From assembly GCA_029259455.1 (NCBI GenBank), contig JAPDIT010000040.1:1-40059 (forward strand): a stretch of 40,059 bases of DNA, given 5' to 3'. Origin of the DNA: Archaeoglobi archaeon. GTDB lineage: Archaea > Halobacteriota > Archaeoglobi > Archaeoglobales > Archaeoglobaceae. Positions 9,062-19,720 of the stretch are shown here, in pieces. Numbering within the stretch: position 1 is the first letter of the stretch; each line of letters starts with the position of its first letter. Position numbers and translations under genes: made by a program. The notes beneath the pieces are model-generated. The model was not told where the DNA came from. It ran no database searches and saw only the letters and a program-made list of their open reading frames with translations.

Positions 9062-10480
9062 TCAGGAGGCCTCTTCAGCGGCCTCCTCAGCCTTTGCCTC
9101 TCCCTTCCTGTACTTGGGGTGGTACCTCTCAATGAACTTTCTTTCTACCTTGGTCAGCTCTCTCTCAGGGAGCATTGCAAGAAGCTCCCATCCGAGATCG
9201 AGTGTGTACTCGATATCTCTGTCCTCGTATCTTCCCTGCTGGACGAATCTTCTCTCAAACTCGTCAGCAAACTTCAGGAATAGCCTGTCCCTCTCAGACA
9301 ATGCCTCTTCACCGACAATTGCCACAAGACCTCTGAGGTCAACACCCTCAGCGTAGGCAGCGTACATTTGGTCGTTCCACTGCGGGTGGTCCTCTCTTGT
9401 GTATCCTTCCCCGATACCTTCCTTCATCAGCCTGCTGAGTGATGGCAGAACGTTTATTGGCGGGTAGATACCCTTGGCATGAAGCTCTCTGCTGAGAACT
9501 ATCTGTCCCTCTGTGATGTAGCCCGTCAGGTCTGGGATTGGGTGGGTGATGTCGTCACCGGGCATTGTGAGGATTGGCATCTGGGTAATTGTCCCCTTCC
9601 TTCCTCTAATTCTCCCCGCTCTCTCGTATATTGTGGCAAGGTCGGTGTACATGTAACCTGGATAGCCTCTTCTTCCCGGAACCTCTTCTCTTGCCGCAGA
9701 GATCTCTCTCAGAGCCTCACAGTAGTTCGTCATGTCTGTCAGGATAACCAGAATGTGCAGGTCGTACTCGTAGGCAAGGAACTCTGCTGCTGTCAGCGCC
9801 ATTCTTGGTGTCAGCAGTCTCTCGATAGCCGGGTCGTTGGCGAGGTTGAGGAACACAACTGCTCTCTCCAGCGCACCCGTCCTCTCGAACTCCTTCATGA
9901 ACTGGTAGGCCTCTTCGTACGTGATACCCATAGCTGCGAAGATAACAGCGAACTCTTCTTCCTCTCCGAGAACTTTTGCCTGTCTTGCAACCTGCAGGGC
10001 AATGTCGTTGTGCGGCAAACCTGAACCGCTGAAGATGGGGAGCTTCTGACCTCTGACGAGTGTGTTCATTCCGTCTATGGCTGAAATGCCCGTCTGGATG
10101 AACTCTCTCGGATACTGCCTTGCATAGGGGTTGATTGCCGCACCAACAATAGGCCTTCTTTCTTCAGGCACTATCTTTGGCCCACCGTCGATCGGCTCAC
10201 CCGAACCGCTGAGAATTCTACCGAGCATGTCTTGTGCGCAGTTCAGCTTGACGATATCTCCCGTAAATCTAACAGTGCTTGAGGTGTCAATTCCTCTGGT
10301 ACCTTCGAAAACCTGAACAACGACGACATCTCTGGATGTGTCCAGAACCTGTCCTCTCCTCGTTGACCCGTCGGGAAGCGTTATGGTGACCAGCTCTCCA
10401 TAAGCTACGGGCTCAGTCTTCTCAACAAAAACAAGAGGTCCTGCAACCTGGGTTATGGTCTTATACTCCTTCATTTTCAT
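9062..10480 (-). CDS. atpB: A/V-type ATP synthase subunit B
   Basis: [29 protein letters not shown] and [14 protein letters not shown] motifs. Start may be 10483, 10480 or 10474. Confidence 0.96.
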   Translation of the reverse strand: MKMKEYKTITQVAGPLVFVEKTEPVAYGELVTITLPDGSTRRGQVLDTSRDVVVVQVFEGTRGIDTSSTVRFTGDIVKLNCAQDMLGRILSGSGEPIDGGPKIVPEERRPIVGAAINPYARQYPREFIQTGISAIDGMNTLVRGQKLPIFSGSGLPHNDIALQVARQAKVLGEEEEFAVIFAAMGITYEEAYQFMKEFERTGALERAVVFLNLANDPAIERLLTPRMALTAAEFLAYEYDLHILVILTDMTNYCEALREISAAREEVPGRRGYPGYMYTDLATIYERAGRIRGRKGTITQMPILTMPGDDITHPIPDLTGYITEGQIVLSRELHAKGIYPPINVLPSLSRLMKEGIGEGYTREDHPQWNDQMYAAYAEGVDLRGLVAIVGEEALSERDRLFLKFADEFERRFVQQGRYEDRDIEYTLDLGWELLAMLPERELTKVERKFIERYHPKYRKGEAKAEEAAEEAS

Positions 10481-12225
10481 CACTCTCCGAGCAGATTCTT
10501 TCTAATTTTCTCCAATGCAGCCTCCAATGCTGGCTTGTAGTCCTCCTCGAGTTTTGTTCTGGCAAACTCCTCAAGTCCTTCGACCCCTGCAATCTCATCG
10601 ACAGTCTTTCCTGCCTCAAGTGCTTTGAAGAACCAGTCGTTGATCTGCTTTATGGCCTTCAACATGTCATACTGCTTTTCGACGCTGCAGTATGTATCAA
10701 CGGGGTGGTATGCGTACTGCACAAGGTAAACCTCTCTGATGATCCTTGCAACCTCAAGCAACAGCCTCTGAGATTCGGGCAGCGCATCACTACCAACGAG
10801 CTGCACTATCTCTTGGAGATTAGCCTCTTCCTGCAGCACCTCCATAGCCCATCTCCTGAGCTCATTCCACTCCTCGCTGACGTTCTCGGCGAACCAGTCT
10901 TTAAGAGTGTCAACATAGAGGCTGTAGCTCTGCAGCCAGTTTATGGCCGGGAAATGTCTTCTTGCAGCAAGCTTCGCATCAAGAGCCCAGAACACCTTCA
11001 CGATTCTGAGGGTGTTCTGCGTAACGGGCTCACTGAAGTCACCACCCGGCGGCGAAACTGCACCAACAATAGTAACACTCCCGACATTTCCTGCAAGCGT
11101 CTTCACTCTTCCAGCCCTCTCGTAGAACTCTGCAAGTCTTGATGCCAGATAAGCGGGATAACCCTCTTCACCGGGCATCTCCTCAAGTCTTCCGGAAATC
11201 TCTCTCATTGCCTCTGCCCATCTGCTTGTCGAGTCAGCCTGAATGGCCACATCGTAACCCATGTCTCTGAAGTACTCTGCAATTGTGATTCCGGTGTAAA
11301 CCGAAGCCTCTCTTGCAGCGACGGGCATGTTGGATGTGTTGGCAACAAGGACGGTTCTCTCCATCAACGGCTTTCCAGTTCTCGGATCTTCAAGCTCCGG
11401 GAACTCCTCAAGAACCTCTGTCATCTCGTTGCCACGCTCACCGCAGCCAATATAAACCACAATATGCGCATCACTCCATTTTGCCAGTTGATGCTGGGTC
11501 ACAGTCTTACCGCTTCCGAAAGGTCCTGGAATTGCAGCAGTACCTCCTTTAGCAACCGGGAAGAACGTGTCGAGAATTCTCTGACCGGTTATTAGCGGCA
11601 CAACTGGCGGGAGCTTCTCCACATATGGTCTCGGAATTCTCACAGGCCACTTGTGGTAGAGTTTCAGTTCTGTGCCGTCATCAAGGACAGCTATAGTGTC
11701 CTCTACAGTAAAACTACCCTCGTAAATCTCGGCAATTACACCCTCTCTCACGTTCGGTGGAACAAGGATCTTATGCTCCACAACGTCAGTCTCCTGAACT
11801 GTTCCGATGATTTCACCGGGTTTCACCTTGTCCCCTTTCTTCACAATCGGCTTGAACTCCCACTTCGCCTTTCTGTCCAAGCCCGGAGCCTCAATACCTC
11901 TCCCTATGAAATCTCCACTGACATCCTTGAGCACAGGCAAGGGTCTCTGCACACCGTCGTAGATGTTTCTTATCAAGCCAGGTCCGAGTTCAACGCTGAG
12001 TGGCATTCCGGTGTTCTCTACCCTGTCACCCGGCTTTATGCCCTGTGTATCCTCGTAAACCTGAATCAGGACCTTCTCTCCCACTAAACCTACAACCTCT
12101 CCCATCAGCCCCTCTTCACCGACCTTGCAGAGGTCGTACATTCTGGCCTTGAGTCCCTCTGCAACGACGAGGGGTCCGGAAATCCTATAAATTTCTCCTA
12201 CATATCCAGCTTCTTTCACTTCCAT
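10480..12225 (-). CDS. atpA: A/V-type ATP synthase catalytic subunit A (no intein)
   Basis: P-loop [16 protein letters not shown] and [10 protein letters not shown] motifs. Confidence 0.97.
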   Translation of the reverse strand: MEVKEAGYVGEIYRISGPLVVAEGLKARMYDLCKVGEEGLMGEVVGLVGEKVLIQVYEDTQGIKPGDRVENTGMPLSVELGPGLIRNIYDGVQRPLPVLKDVSGDFIGRGIEAPGLDRKAKWEFKPIVKKGDKVKPGEIIGTVQETDVVEHKILVPPNVREGVIAEIYEGSFTVEDTIAVLDDGTELKLYHKWPVRIPRPYVEKLPPVVPLITGQRILDTFFPVAKGGTAAIPGPFGSGKTVTQHQLAKWSDAHIVVYIGCGERGNEMTEVLEEFPELEDPRTGKPLMERTVLVANTSNMPVAAREASVYTGITIAEYFRDMGYDVAIQADSTSRWAEAMREISGRLEEMPGEEGYPAYLASRLAEFYERAGRVKTLAGNVGSVTIVGAVSPPGGDFSEPVTQNTLRIVKVFWALDAKLAARRHFPAINWLQSYSLYVDTLKDWFAENVSEEWNELRRWAMEVLQEEANLQEIVQLVGSDALPESQRLLLEVARIIREVYLVQYAYHPVDTYCSVEKQYDMLKAIKQINDWFFKALEAGKTVDEIAGVEGLEEFARTKLEEDYKPALEAALEKIRKNLLGE

Positions 12226-12521
12226 AGGTCAACACCTATCGCCTTTCTTATTTTCTCCCTAAGCTCCTCCACACCTCCCGTTCCTCCTACAGAAACAAAG
12301 GTGGGTTCAACCCTTTCATCAATCTCCCTCCTGAGAGCAGGAGGGAGTTTTCTCAAGTACTCCTGCTTTATAATCACGATACCAACATCATCTCTACTTA
12401 AAACATCCTCAACAGCCTTAACTATTTCGTCATCGCTTGCCACTTCGTATATGTCTGAGATTCCTGCAAGCATGAAGCCAATTGTGAAATCTGGATCTCC
12501 CACTACCGCCAACTTCTTCAT
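12216..12521 (-). CDS. atpF: A/V-type ATP synthase subunit F
   Basis: [17 protein letters not shown] and IRKAIGVDL motifs; position in operon. Confidence 0.93.
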   Translation of the reverse strand: MKKLAVVGDPDFTIGFMLAGISDIYEVASDDEIVKAVEDVLSRDDVGIVIIKQEYLRKLPPALRREIDERVEPTFVSVGGTGGVEELREKIRKAIGVDLWK

Positions 12522-13534
12522 AATATCACCATCTGTTTCTCAATCTCCTCATTTGGCAAGCCGTAGTATTTACCCCAGCCGAGTATTCTGAGGTTGTCCA
12601 CTTCAACCTTTTTAAGAACCATGTACTGCAGAACTGGCAGTACGCTCAGCGGATAGTTGCTCGCCCTCTTTGCAATTGCAGAAATCCAAGCCTTGTCGAA
12701 GTTGACCTCAACTTCCGAAAGCTCCTCCGTGATACTCTCGACCTCTCTCCAGAACCAGTATCCCTCCAAGGACTTCGTTATCTCCTCAAAGGACATTGCA
12801 GCAAGCTTTCTTGCCTCGTCCTCTGTCAGCTCGTATCCACCGGGTATTATCCTTTCCAGAATCTCCTCCGTTGATGAACCTTCAATCTTCAACCTGAGAA
12901 TCGTCTTTATGTTTCTTATGTCGATCTCCATTTTGATGAAGTTTACGAAGAGCTTTGTTTCAAACTCCCTTGCAGGCATCTCGACTATTCTTCTGTAGTA
13001 AGCCTTGTACATTTCATCCTCAACCACGTTCATGGGGGCTGAGCCAATTTTGGATAAGGCTTCGTAGTAAGCTGTGCCCTCCATCTCTTTGACTATTTCT
13101 TCCACTTCTTTAACTATCAGCGATTTCAGGTATTCTTCACCGAACTCGCCTGCTGGAACAAGAGTTTCCTCTATTATCTCTGGTTGCACACCAGCATTTT
13201 TGCCTCTAATTATGTTGATAATATTCCAGATATCCCATCTTTTTAAGTACTCCCTGATGAGATCTTTTGCCTCTCCAAAGGAGACCTGAAGTATCTTCCT
13301 GTAGGTTCTTGCAAGATTTGAGGCGAGAGCATAATCGAGCAAGCGAGGCCCTGAGTATTTGTAGCCAACCTCGTCAATTTCCTTCCTGTATTCGGTCTCC
13401 TCCAAGAACCTGATTATTTCATCGAAGGACATGTTCAAGAGCTTTCTGAAATCCTCTGCCTTCAGCAGTCTACTCTTCATAACTTTTGTTCTGGCGACTA
13501 TGTAAGCGTAGGCAGCCTTCGTCCTCGAAATCAT
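12518..13534 (-). CDS. atpC: A/V-type ATP synthase subunit C
   Basis: YAYIVARTKVMKSRLL, IDIRNIKTILR and EVDNLR motifs; ATG 13534 follows GGTGA. Confidence 0.92.
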   Translation of the reverse strand: MISRTKAAYAYIVARTKVMKSRLLKAEDFRKLLNMSFDEIIRFLEETEYRKEIDEVGYKYSGPRLLDYALASNLARTYRKILQVSFGEAKDLIREYLKRWDIWNIINIIRGKNAGVQPEIIEETLVPAGEFGEEYLKSLIVKEVEEIVKEMEGTAYYEALSKIGSAPMNVVEDEMYKAYYRRIVEMPAREFETKLFVNFIKMEIDIRNIKTILRLKIEGSSTEEILERIIPGGYELTEDEARKLAAMSFEEITKSLEGYWFWREVESITEELSEVEVNFDKAWISAIAKRASNYPLSVLPVLQYMVLKKVEVDNLRILGWGKYYGLPNEEIEKQMVIL

Positions 13535-13539
13535 TGTGA

Positions 13540-14106
13540 TCACCCGAACAAGATCTTCGAGACTTCAGCTAACTTCTGCTCGTAAACCTGATTCAACAAT
13601 TCATCGAATGTAAGGTTGATCCTCACCTCCCCTTTGGGGTCTTCAAGCACTATCCCACCAATACATTCGATGTTTCCTGCATAGTTGATATCGAGCTTCA
13701 GCTCCTTTGTAGCGTCCTTGACAATTCCCTCGTCCTCTTTTCTTGAATACACAAGCATGCCGGGTGAGGCATTTTTGCTCAGCAACTTTTTAATGATCTC
13801 CTTCCTCGTCCCTTCATCCATGTCGCGCACTTTCTGCCTAAGAAGATCAAACACCTGCTCTACTATCTCCTTCTGCTTGTTCAGCAGCAATCTTTTCATT
13901 TCAAGTGTAACAGCAGATATTTCCTGCTTTTTAAGAGCTTCTCCTTCCCTCTCTGCCTCGTATCTTGCCTTCTTTAGAATCTCTTCTGCCTCTCTTTTAG
14001 CCTCCTCTATTATTTTTTCAGCCTCTTTTTCCGCCTCCTCCTTTATCTCCCTTACTGTCTCATCGCCTCTTTTTTGTATCTCCTCCAGTACGGGTTCAAG
14101 GGGCAT
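13540..14106 (-). CDS. atpE: A/V-type ATP synthase subunit E
   Basis: N-terminal E/K coiled coil and C-terminal IGGIVL...NLTFD; position in operon. Confidence 0.92.
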   Translation of the reverse strand: MPLEPVLEEIQKRGDETVREIKEEAEKEAEKIIEEAKREAEEILKKARYEAEREGEALKKQEISAVTLEMKRLLLNKQKEIVEQVFDLLRQKVRDMDEGTRKEIIKKLLSKNASPGMLVYSRKEDEGIVKDATKELKLDINYAGNIECIGGIVLEDPKGEVRINLTFDELLNQVYEQKLAEVSKILFG

Positions 14107-14111
14107 CTTCT

Positions 14112-14360
14112 TCACCCGTAGGCGAACATCAGTATGAAGCTGATAACGAGACCAAAGATAACGATGGTCTCTGGAATCACTGTGAACAGCAGACCCAGAC
14201 CAAGGAAGCCTCTGTCCTCTGCAATCGCTCCTACGGCGGCAGCACCAATACCGCTCTCACCAGCACCAGCACCAATGCCTGCCAAACCCACAGCAAGTCC
14301 AGCTCCTACAGCGGCACATCCCTTTATGAACGCTTCATCACTTATCAGGGCATCAACCAT
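14112..14360 (-). CDS. atpK: A/V-type ATP synthase proteolipid subunit K (c), single hairpin
   Basis: Gly/Ala-rich two-helix protein with the essential Glu in IPETIVIFG. Confidence 0.95.
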   Translation of the reverse strand: MVDALISDEAFIKGCAAVGAGLAVGLAGIGAGAGESGIGAAAVGAIAEDRGFLGLGLLFTVIPETIVIFGLVISFILMFAYG

Positions 14361-14375
14361 TTCTAACCACCTCCT

Positions 14376-16466
14376 TCAATCCTCCAAAAACTTTTTAACT
14401 CTCCCGAACGGAGAGTACTCCTTACCTCCACCCTCAAAAAACTTGGTGAAGAACTCTACGTAGTGCAATCGCAGTGACTGTAATCCGGGATCGAGTATTC
14501 CGAGCAGCAGGTTTCCTGCGTGCCCTATTATTAGCAGAATCACTGCAACTGGTAGCAGTGCCATTCCAGGTGGTGTTCCTATTTTGATGCTGAGGTAGTT
14601 TATAACAAAGGCTATGTAGACCGATGAAAGGCCGATGGCAAGCAATCGAGCGTAGCTTATAATCTGTCCAAACCATGTCAGCAGCTCTACTGCCATTATG
14701 ATTCCAAAAATTCCCATCTTCGGAATCTCTGCTTTCAGGAATATCACGAACCAGACAATGAGCAGTGGTAGCGCCAGTAGGTAGAAGATGTTGACTCCCG
14801 CCTGCCATCCATCCACCAAGCCTGGAATTGGCAGTGGAACCGCTCTCCCCTCTTCAACAGTGTAGCTTCCCAGTATGTAGAGGTTGTCTGGAAGCAGCTT
14901 CCCGAAGCCCTCCTCTGGTGGTGATGTGAAAATTCCGAGGTTGTAGCTGAATCCGAATATGAGCATCACCAAGCCGAGGACACCGATGAACCAGCAACCT
15001 TTTTCGTAAATTGCCTCCTTCATTCCGTGTTCCACGTAGACATTGTAGAATCCAAGTGCAAAGCCCCAGAGCATCTTAATCATACCGATTAGAAGGACGA
15101 TGAACAGCAGTGCTTTAACACCGAATTCCTCTACCCTGTCGAACAGCGGGTGATGATGGTTGAACGTGTAGAGCGCTGAAAGGGCATCGCCAAGGAAGTG
15201 TACCTTCGATGGCTCCTCCATTCCAGGAATTATGAACGGTCCAAAGAACTCTCCGTAGATGAAACCGAAGATGATGGATGAGATGCCACAGTAGACTGCA
15301 ATGTTCAGAAGTTTCTGCCACCCTTCTGTCCTGAAAATTTTCTTGAGGTAGAGTGCGAGTATTGTTATAAGAAGACCGTAACCCATATCTCCCAGCATCA
15401 TTCCGAAAAATATCGTGAAGAAGATAGCCATTATCGCGGTTGGGTCAATTTCTTTGTATTTGGGTGTCGCATAGGTGGTGGTGAGAAGCTCGTAATCTCT
15501 GATTACTGCAGGATTACTGAGTTTGGTCGGTGGAACGCCCTCCTCTTCCTCCTCAATCACTTCAACCACGATTTTGCCACCCTTCTCCACTTCGCTCTTG
15601 AATCTGTCCAGCTGCTTGGCTGGAACGTATCCGACGATTACAAATGTATACTTTGAAACGAGTGCCCTTAAAGGCAGTTCGGATTTGTCAAGCTCGGTGC
15701 TGAGGTACTCCTCAATAGCGAGCAGCAGATCTGCCTCTTTTACCTTAATTTCCTCAATCTCGGTCTCAAGCTGTTTTTTCCTGTTCAAAAGCTCCTCTTT
15801 CTCTCTCTCAATCTCATTTATTCTGGCATCGTAGTCCTCAATGTCTGGAACTGGCAGCTCTCTGTACCCATAAGCCTGAAGTGTTCTGAAGAATTCGTCG
15901 CCGTATTCTGCCTTTACAAAGATTGCAACCAACAGCTCTTTCTCGTACTCCTTGATTACAGCGTCAAACTTGTCTGTTATCTTACTCAGTTCATCAACTG
16001 GGTTCTCCTTGACGAACCCAACAAAACATCGCAAGTTCTTGTAGCCTTTCAGAAGTCTCGAAGGTATTCCAAGCACCTTTAGGGGTTCAATTATTCTTAG
16101 TTCGTCTTCTAGAGATCTGATCTTTTCGTCGATGCTCCTATTCTCCTCGATTTTAGTTCCAATCTGCTCTTGGTACTCTTCAAGCTTTCTGCTGAGCATC
16201 TCTTCAATTTCCTTTGACCTGTACTTTCTCTTTGGAGCGATTCTGCCCGGATCAATTTTCAGGTAAGAAATGTAGCTTCTGAGCTGCACCAGAGTACGTG
16301 ATATAATAGAAGCTTTTTCCAGTGGTTCGCCAATTCTGAAATGCTCTGCCTCTTTTGGATCTTCAATGTGAAGAAGGTTTACTTTGTGCAGGATTTCTGA
16401 TGCATACTCAAGCCGTTCTTTTGGCCCCACTACTGAAATTTTAACCATCTTTTCCGGCTTAAGCAT
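14376..16466 (-). CDS. atpI: A/V-type ATP synthase subunit I (a)
   Basis: PPTKLSNP, EIDPT, FFGMMLGDMGYG, SYARL and LRLHYVEFFTKF motifs. Confidence 0.96.
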   Translation of the reverse strand: MLKPEKMVKISVVGPKERLEYASEILHKVNLLHIEDPKEAEHFRIGEPLEKASIISRTLVQLRSYISYLKIDPGRIAPKRKYRSKEIEEMLSRKLEEYQEQIGTKIEENRSIDEKIRSLEDELRIIEPLKVLGIPSRLLKGYKNLRCFVGFVKENPVDELSKITDKFDAVIKEYEKELLVAIFVKAEYGDEFFRTLQAYGYRELPVPDIEDYDARINEIEREKEELLNRKKQLETEIEEIKVKEADLLLAIEEYLSTELDKSELPLRALVSKYTFVIVGYVPAKQLDRFKSEVEKGGKIVVEVIEEEEEGVPPTKLSNPAVIRDYELLTTTYATPKYKEIDPTAIMAIFFTIFFGMMLGDMGYGLLITILALYLKKIFRTEGWQKLLNIAVYCGISSIIFGFIYGEFFGPFIIPGMEEPSKVHFLGDALSALYTFNHHHPLFDRVEEFGVKALLFIVLLIGMIKMLWGFALGFYNVYVEHGMKEAIYEKGCWFIGVLGLVMLIFGFSYNLGIFTSPPEEGFGKLLPDNLYILGSYTVEEGRAVPLPIPGLVDGWQAGVNIFYLLALPLLIVWFVIFLKAEIPKMGIFGIIMAVELLTWFGQIISYARLLAIGLSSVYIAFVINYLSIKIGTPPGMALLPVAVILLIIGHAGNLLLGILDPGLQSLRLHYVEFFTKFFEGGGKEYSPFGRVKKFLED

Positions 16467-16788
16467 GTTCCACCATCCCTACAAACTCGTTATAGAGAAA
16501 ATCCACAGCCTTCATTATGTTGGCCTTTCCCTTTTTCTCGAAGTCCTCTATTTCTCTTGCTCTCTTTTGCCTTATCTCTTCTTTCTCTTTCTCTATCTCT
16601 GCTTTTATGTTGTTAAGTATCTCCTCTTTAACTTTTGCCGCTTCTGCTTCGGCACTCTCAATAATTTCTCTTGCTTTCATTTTAGCTTCAAGAATTTTGT
16701 TCTTCCTTTCTTCCTCTGCAGCCTTAATAGCCTCTTCAACTTTAATCTCTGTCTGCTTAATTTTTTCAAGAATTTCTGTCCTATCCAT
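16459..16788 (-). CDS. atpH: A-type ATP synthase subunit H (peripheral stalk)
   Basis: E/K/A coiled coil; first gene of the operon; ATG 16788 preceded by AAGGTGG. Confidence 0.85.
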   Translation of the reverse strand: MDRTEILEKIKQTEIKVEEAIKAAEEERKNKILEAKMKAREIIESAEAEAAKVKEEILNNIKAEIEKEKEEIRQKRAREIEDFEKKGKANIMKAVDFLYNEFVGMVEHA

Positions 16789-16961
16789 GGTAACCACCTT
16801 GATCAAACTCTTAACTTTAAAGACAATCGAAAGCCTCAACAAATCGTATTTAAGCTTTGTTATTTTTACACAGGTAGAATTTGTAATTAAAAAAGAAGAT
16901 TAATTATTTGCTCGCTTTTATTGACCGAAAACCGAATATAATCGAAGAGATAAAAAACGGT

Positions 16962-18383
16962 ATGAAGGTTCTCGTGGTTGATGCAGGAGGCAGGGGAAAT
17001 GCAATAGCTCACGCTTTTTCAAGAAGTGAGCGGGTTAAAGAAGTTTACGTGGCACCTGGAAATGGAGGTAGTGAGTTTTTCGAAAAGTGTAAAATCGCAA
17101 AACTCAATGAGAACATCCCCTCAATCAGGGCAATAGACGAAATAGTGGAGTTTGCAAAAAAATATGAGGTCGATCTCGCCTGCATAGGCCCCGAAGAGCC
17201 GCTGAGCCTAGGTTTGGTTGACAGGCTTGAAGAGGAGGGGATTCCAGCAGTAGGGCCGAAGAAGGAGGCAACAATTTTAGAGGCAAGCAAATGCTGGGCA
17301 AAGGATTTTTTGAAGAAAATTGGAGTCCCAATTCCAGAGTATGCCAACTTCGATGATCCAGAGGAGGCGAAAGAGTACATAAAAGAGAAGTTTGACAACG
17401 GGATTGTTGTTAAGGCTGACGGACTTGCGGCAGGTAAGGGTGTTTACGTCTGCGATTCCGTTGATGAGGCTTTGAAGGCTGTGGACGAGATCATGGTTCA
17501 GAAAAAGTTTGGTGAGGCGGGGAACAGGATAGTGATCGAGGAGAGATTGAGGGGTATTGAGGTTGCATTCACTGCAATAACTGACGGGAAAACCGTGAAG
17601 CCCTTCGGTCACGCTAGGGACTATAAGAGGGCTTTTGATAGCGACGACATAGAGGGGTTGAGGGACTTTTACATTGGCTTGACAAAGAAGTTCTACACAA
17701 GGGATCAGATAGAACAGCTTTTCAAGGAAGGGAAGCTTATCAACCCCAACACTGGCGGAATGGGGGCTGTGAGTCCGCATCCAGACGTAAACGAGGAGAT
17801 TGAAGAAAAAATAATGGATATGGTTGTGGAGCCAGTAATAAAGAAGTTTAAGGAGATTGAGGGTAAAGTGTTCAAGGGTGTGCTTTATCCTGTCATCATG
17901 CTCGTTGAAGAGGGTGGGGAGTTGATTCCAAAGGTTCTTGAGATAAACGTGAGAGATTGCGATCCGGGGGCTGAAGCGAAGCTTCCAAGACTGAAGAGTG
18001 ACATTGCGGAGATATCGATGGCGGTCGTTGAGGGCAGGCTTGATGAGGTAGATGTAGAGTTCAGCAATGACTGCTGTGTTGCAGTCTGTGCTGTAAGCGG
18101 TGCTCTGAAAGGCCGAGAAGGGTTGAAGCCGGGATACCCTTCCGACCACTACACCAGCCAGCCAATAACTGGCTTAGAGGAGGCAATGAAGGAGGCAATC
18201 ATATATGCCAACGGCATTGCCAAAACCAACGGGTATGTGACAACAGGAGGTAGAGTTCTGACGGTGGTTGGGAGAGGTAAAACTGTTGAGGAAGCAAGGA
18301 GTAAAGCTTACTCGGCTATTGAAAAAATCAGCTTTCCGGGAATGAGGTACAGAAAAACCATAGGGCTCGACGTTCCTGAATAG
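16962..18383 (+). CDS. purD: Phosphoribosylamine--glycine ligase
   Basis: APGNGG, GPEEPL, VKADGLAAGKGV, NTGGMG and TGGRVL motifs; start set at MKVLVVD. Confidence 0.93.
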   Translation: MKVLVVDAGGRGNAIAHAFSRSERVKEVYVAPGNGGSEFFEKCKIAKLNENIPSIRAIDEIVEFAKKYEVDLACIGPEEPLSLGLVDRLEEEGIPAVGPKKEATILEASKCWAKDFLKKIGVPIPEYANFDDPEEAKEYIKEKFDNGIVVKADGLAAGKGVYVCDSVDEALKAVDEIMVQKKFGEAGNRIVIEERLRGIEVAFTAITDGKTVKPFGHARDYKRAFDSDDIEGLRDFYIGLTKKFYTRDQIEQLFKEGKLINPNTGGMGAVSPHPDVNEEIEEKIMDMVVEPVIKKFKEIEGKVFKGVLYPVIMLVEEGGELIPKVLEINVRDCDPGAEAKLPRLKSDIAEISMAVVEGRLDEVDVEFSNDCCVAVCAVSGALKGREGLKPGYPSDHYTSQPITGLEEAMKEAIIYANGIAKTNGYVTTGGRVLTVVGRGKTVEEARSKAYSAIEKISFPGMRYRKTIGLDVPE

Positions 18384-18389
18384 CCTGAA

Positions 18390-19058
18390 TTATACCACCT
18401 TTTTTAAATCCTCAATGCTTCCAAGATAAACGACTTCCTCTTCAACTGCGTAAACCTCAATCTTTTTCGCTTTTTGAAGGATGGGGGACAGAAAGTTCTC
18501 CTGCAAAACATCACTGCCCCCCATCAGAGGTGAGAAAGCTGGCAGAACAATTTTGCTGGTGTCAGCAACGAGATAGCAGGGAAAAGTGTAAAGCGCGCCC
18601 CTCACCCTTATTTTAACAGCAGGATGTTCGTGACCCATAATAATTTTCTCCCCCTCAAATTCTTTGTGGCCGTGAATGACTACGTAGTCCCCAACTTTCA
18701 CCATCTCCTTTAACTCAATTCCATAATCGGCAAGAATTGCTGCTAGGTAATTGTCATGGTTTCCTCTCACAACTTCAAGCTCAACGTCAACAGATTCTAT
18801 GAACTCTTTAACGTCTTCCCACTCGTAGGGCAGATTTCTGCTGAACTCGTGTTTCAGATCACCAGCCACTACAATTTTGTCAACATTATATTTTTTGATA
18901 ATACTTTTTACCCTATCTTTAATTTCCTTCAGCTGCATCCTTGGCACAGCGTAGCCTTTCTCCTGAAGAACGTTTTCAAAGCCAAGATGCAGGTCAGCTA
19001 TTACAGCTGTATTTCCCACTATCGCTGCTCTCTCCGGCGTGAGCAAAACATCGTTCAT
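18390..19058 (-). CDS. Metallophosphoesterase (calcineurin-like, COG1407/MPE type)
   Basis: ADLHLG, GDLKH, GNHD, HGH, GHEHP and LPAFS motifs. Confidence 0.9.
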   Translation of the reverse strand: MNDVLLTPERAAIVGNTAVIADLHLGFENVLQEKGYAVPRMQLKEIKDRVKSIIKKYNVDKIVVAGDLKHEFSRNLPYEWEDVKEFIESVDVELEVVRGNHDNYLAAILADYGIELKEMVKVGDYVVIHGHKEFEGEKIIMGHEHPAVKIRVRGALYTFPCYLVADTSKIVLPAFSPLMGGSDVLQENFLSPILQKAKKIEVYAVEEEVVYLGSIEDLKKVV

Positions 19059-19132
19059 CGGTAATGATAAAAGCGTAAAAGTTTAAAATCTATCTGGACA
19101 CGTAAGCCAACACCTAGCAGAGAGGAATTTAG

Positions 19133-19720
19133 ATGACGCATATACTTATTAGTGGCCCGCCGGGAACGGGCAAATGTAAGTATCTTGAAGACATCTCACG
19201 GGAATTTGATAATGTAGTCTGGATTACTACCCTTTCCAGTGCATATTTTGTGAGAAAGAGGCTTAAAAGAGATGATGTTTGGATTATAGACACCTACACC
19301 TGGGGAAGGAAAGATTCTGGGGGAAACAGAGATATAGTCGTATCCAACCCCCTCAACCTCAACGAGATAAGTCTGGCTATAGGCAAAGTCCTTGATTCCA
19401 TGAAAGGAAACTACCTGCTTGTTATGAACTCAGTTTCAGGATTGCTAGTTTACCACACCTACCAGAGAATACTTCACTTCCTGAGGACTTTGCTCGTGAG
19501 AGTGGAAAGGGAAAGGTCGAACAGTCTTTTCACACTTGTTAAGGATGCGCACGAAAAGACTGTTGAAGTTTCGATATCAATGTATTTTCCCAACATTTTA
19601 GAAACGAGAGAAGACGGTAAAGTTAGAGTTGTAAAGTCTTCAATTCCTCTCGATAAAAATGAGTTTAACGCTGAAGAGGCAAAAGAAATAATTAGAAAGA
19701 TGCTCCAAGAAAGTGTATGA
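19133..19720 (+). CDS. Small KaiC/RecA-superfamily P-loop protein, degenerate
   Basis: Walker A-like GPPGTGKC, SNPLNLNEI segment, and Walker B region LVMNSVSGLL. Confidence 0.65.
   Translation: MTHILISGPPGTGKCKYLEDISREFDNVVWITTLSSAYFVRKRLKRDDVWIIDTYTWGRKDSGGNRDIVVSNPLNLNEISLAIGKVLDSMKGNYLLVMNSVSGLLVYHTYQRILHFLRTLLVRVERERSNSLFTLVKDAHEKTVEVSISMYFPNILETREDGKVRVVKSSIPLDKNEFNAEEAKEIIRKMLQESV

Noticed and set aside
17277-18149. Long antisense ORF (290 aa) inside purD, and the many other antisense or alternate-frame ORFs in the track
   Set aside because: Shadows of well-supported genes; no motifs and atypical composition.
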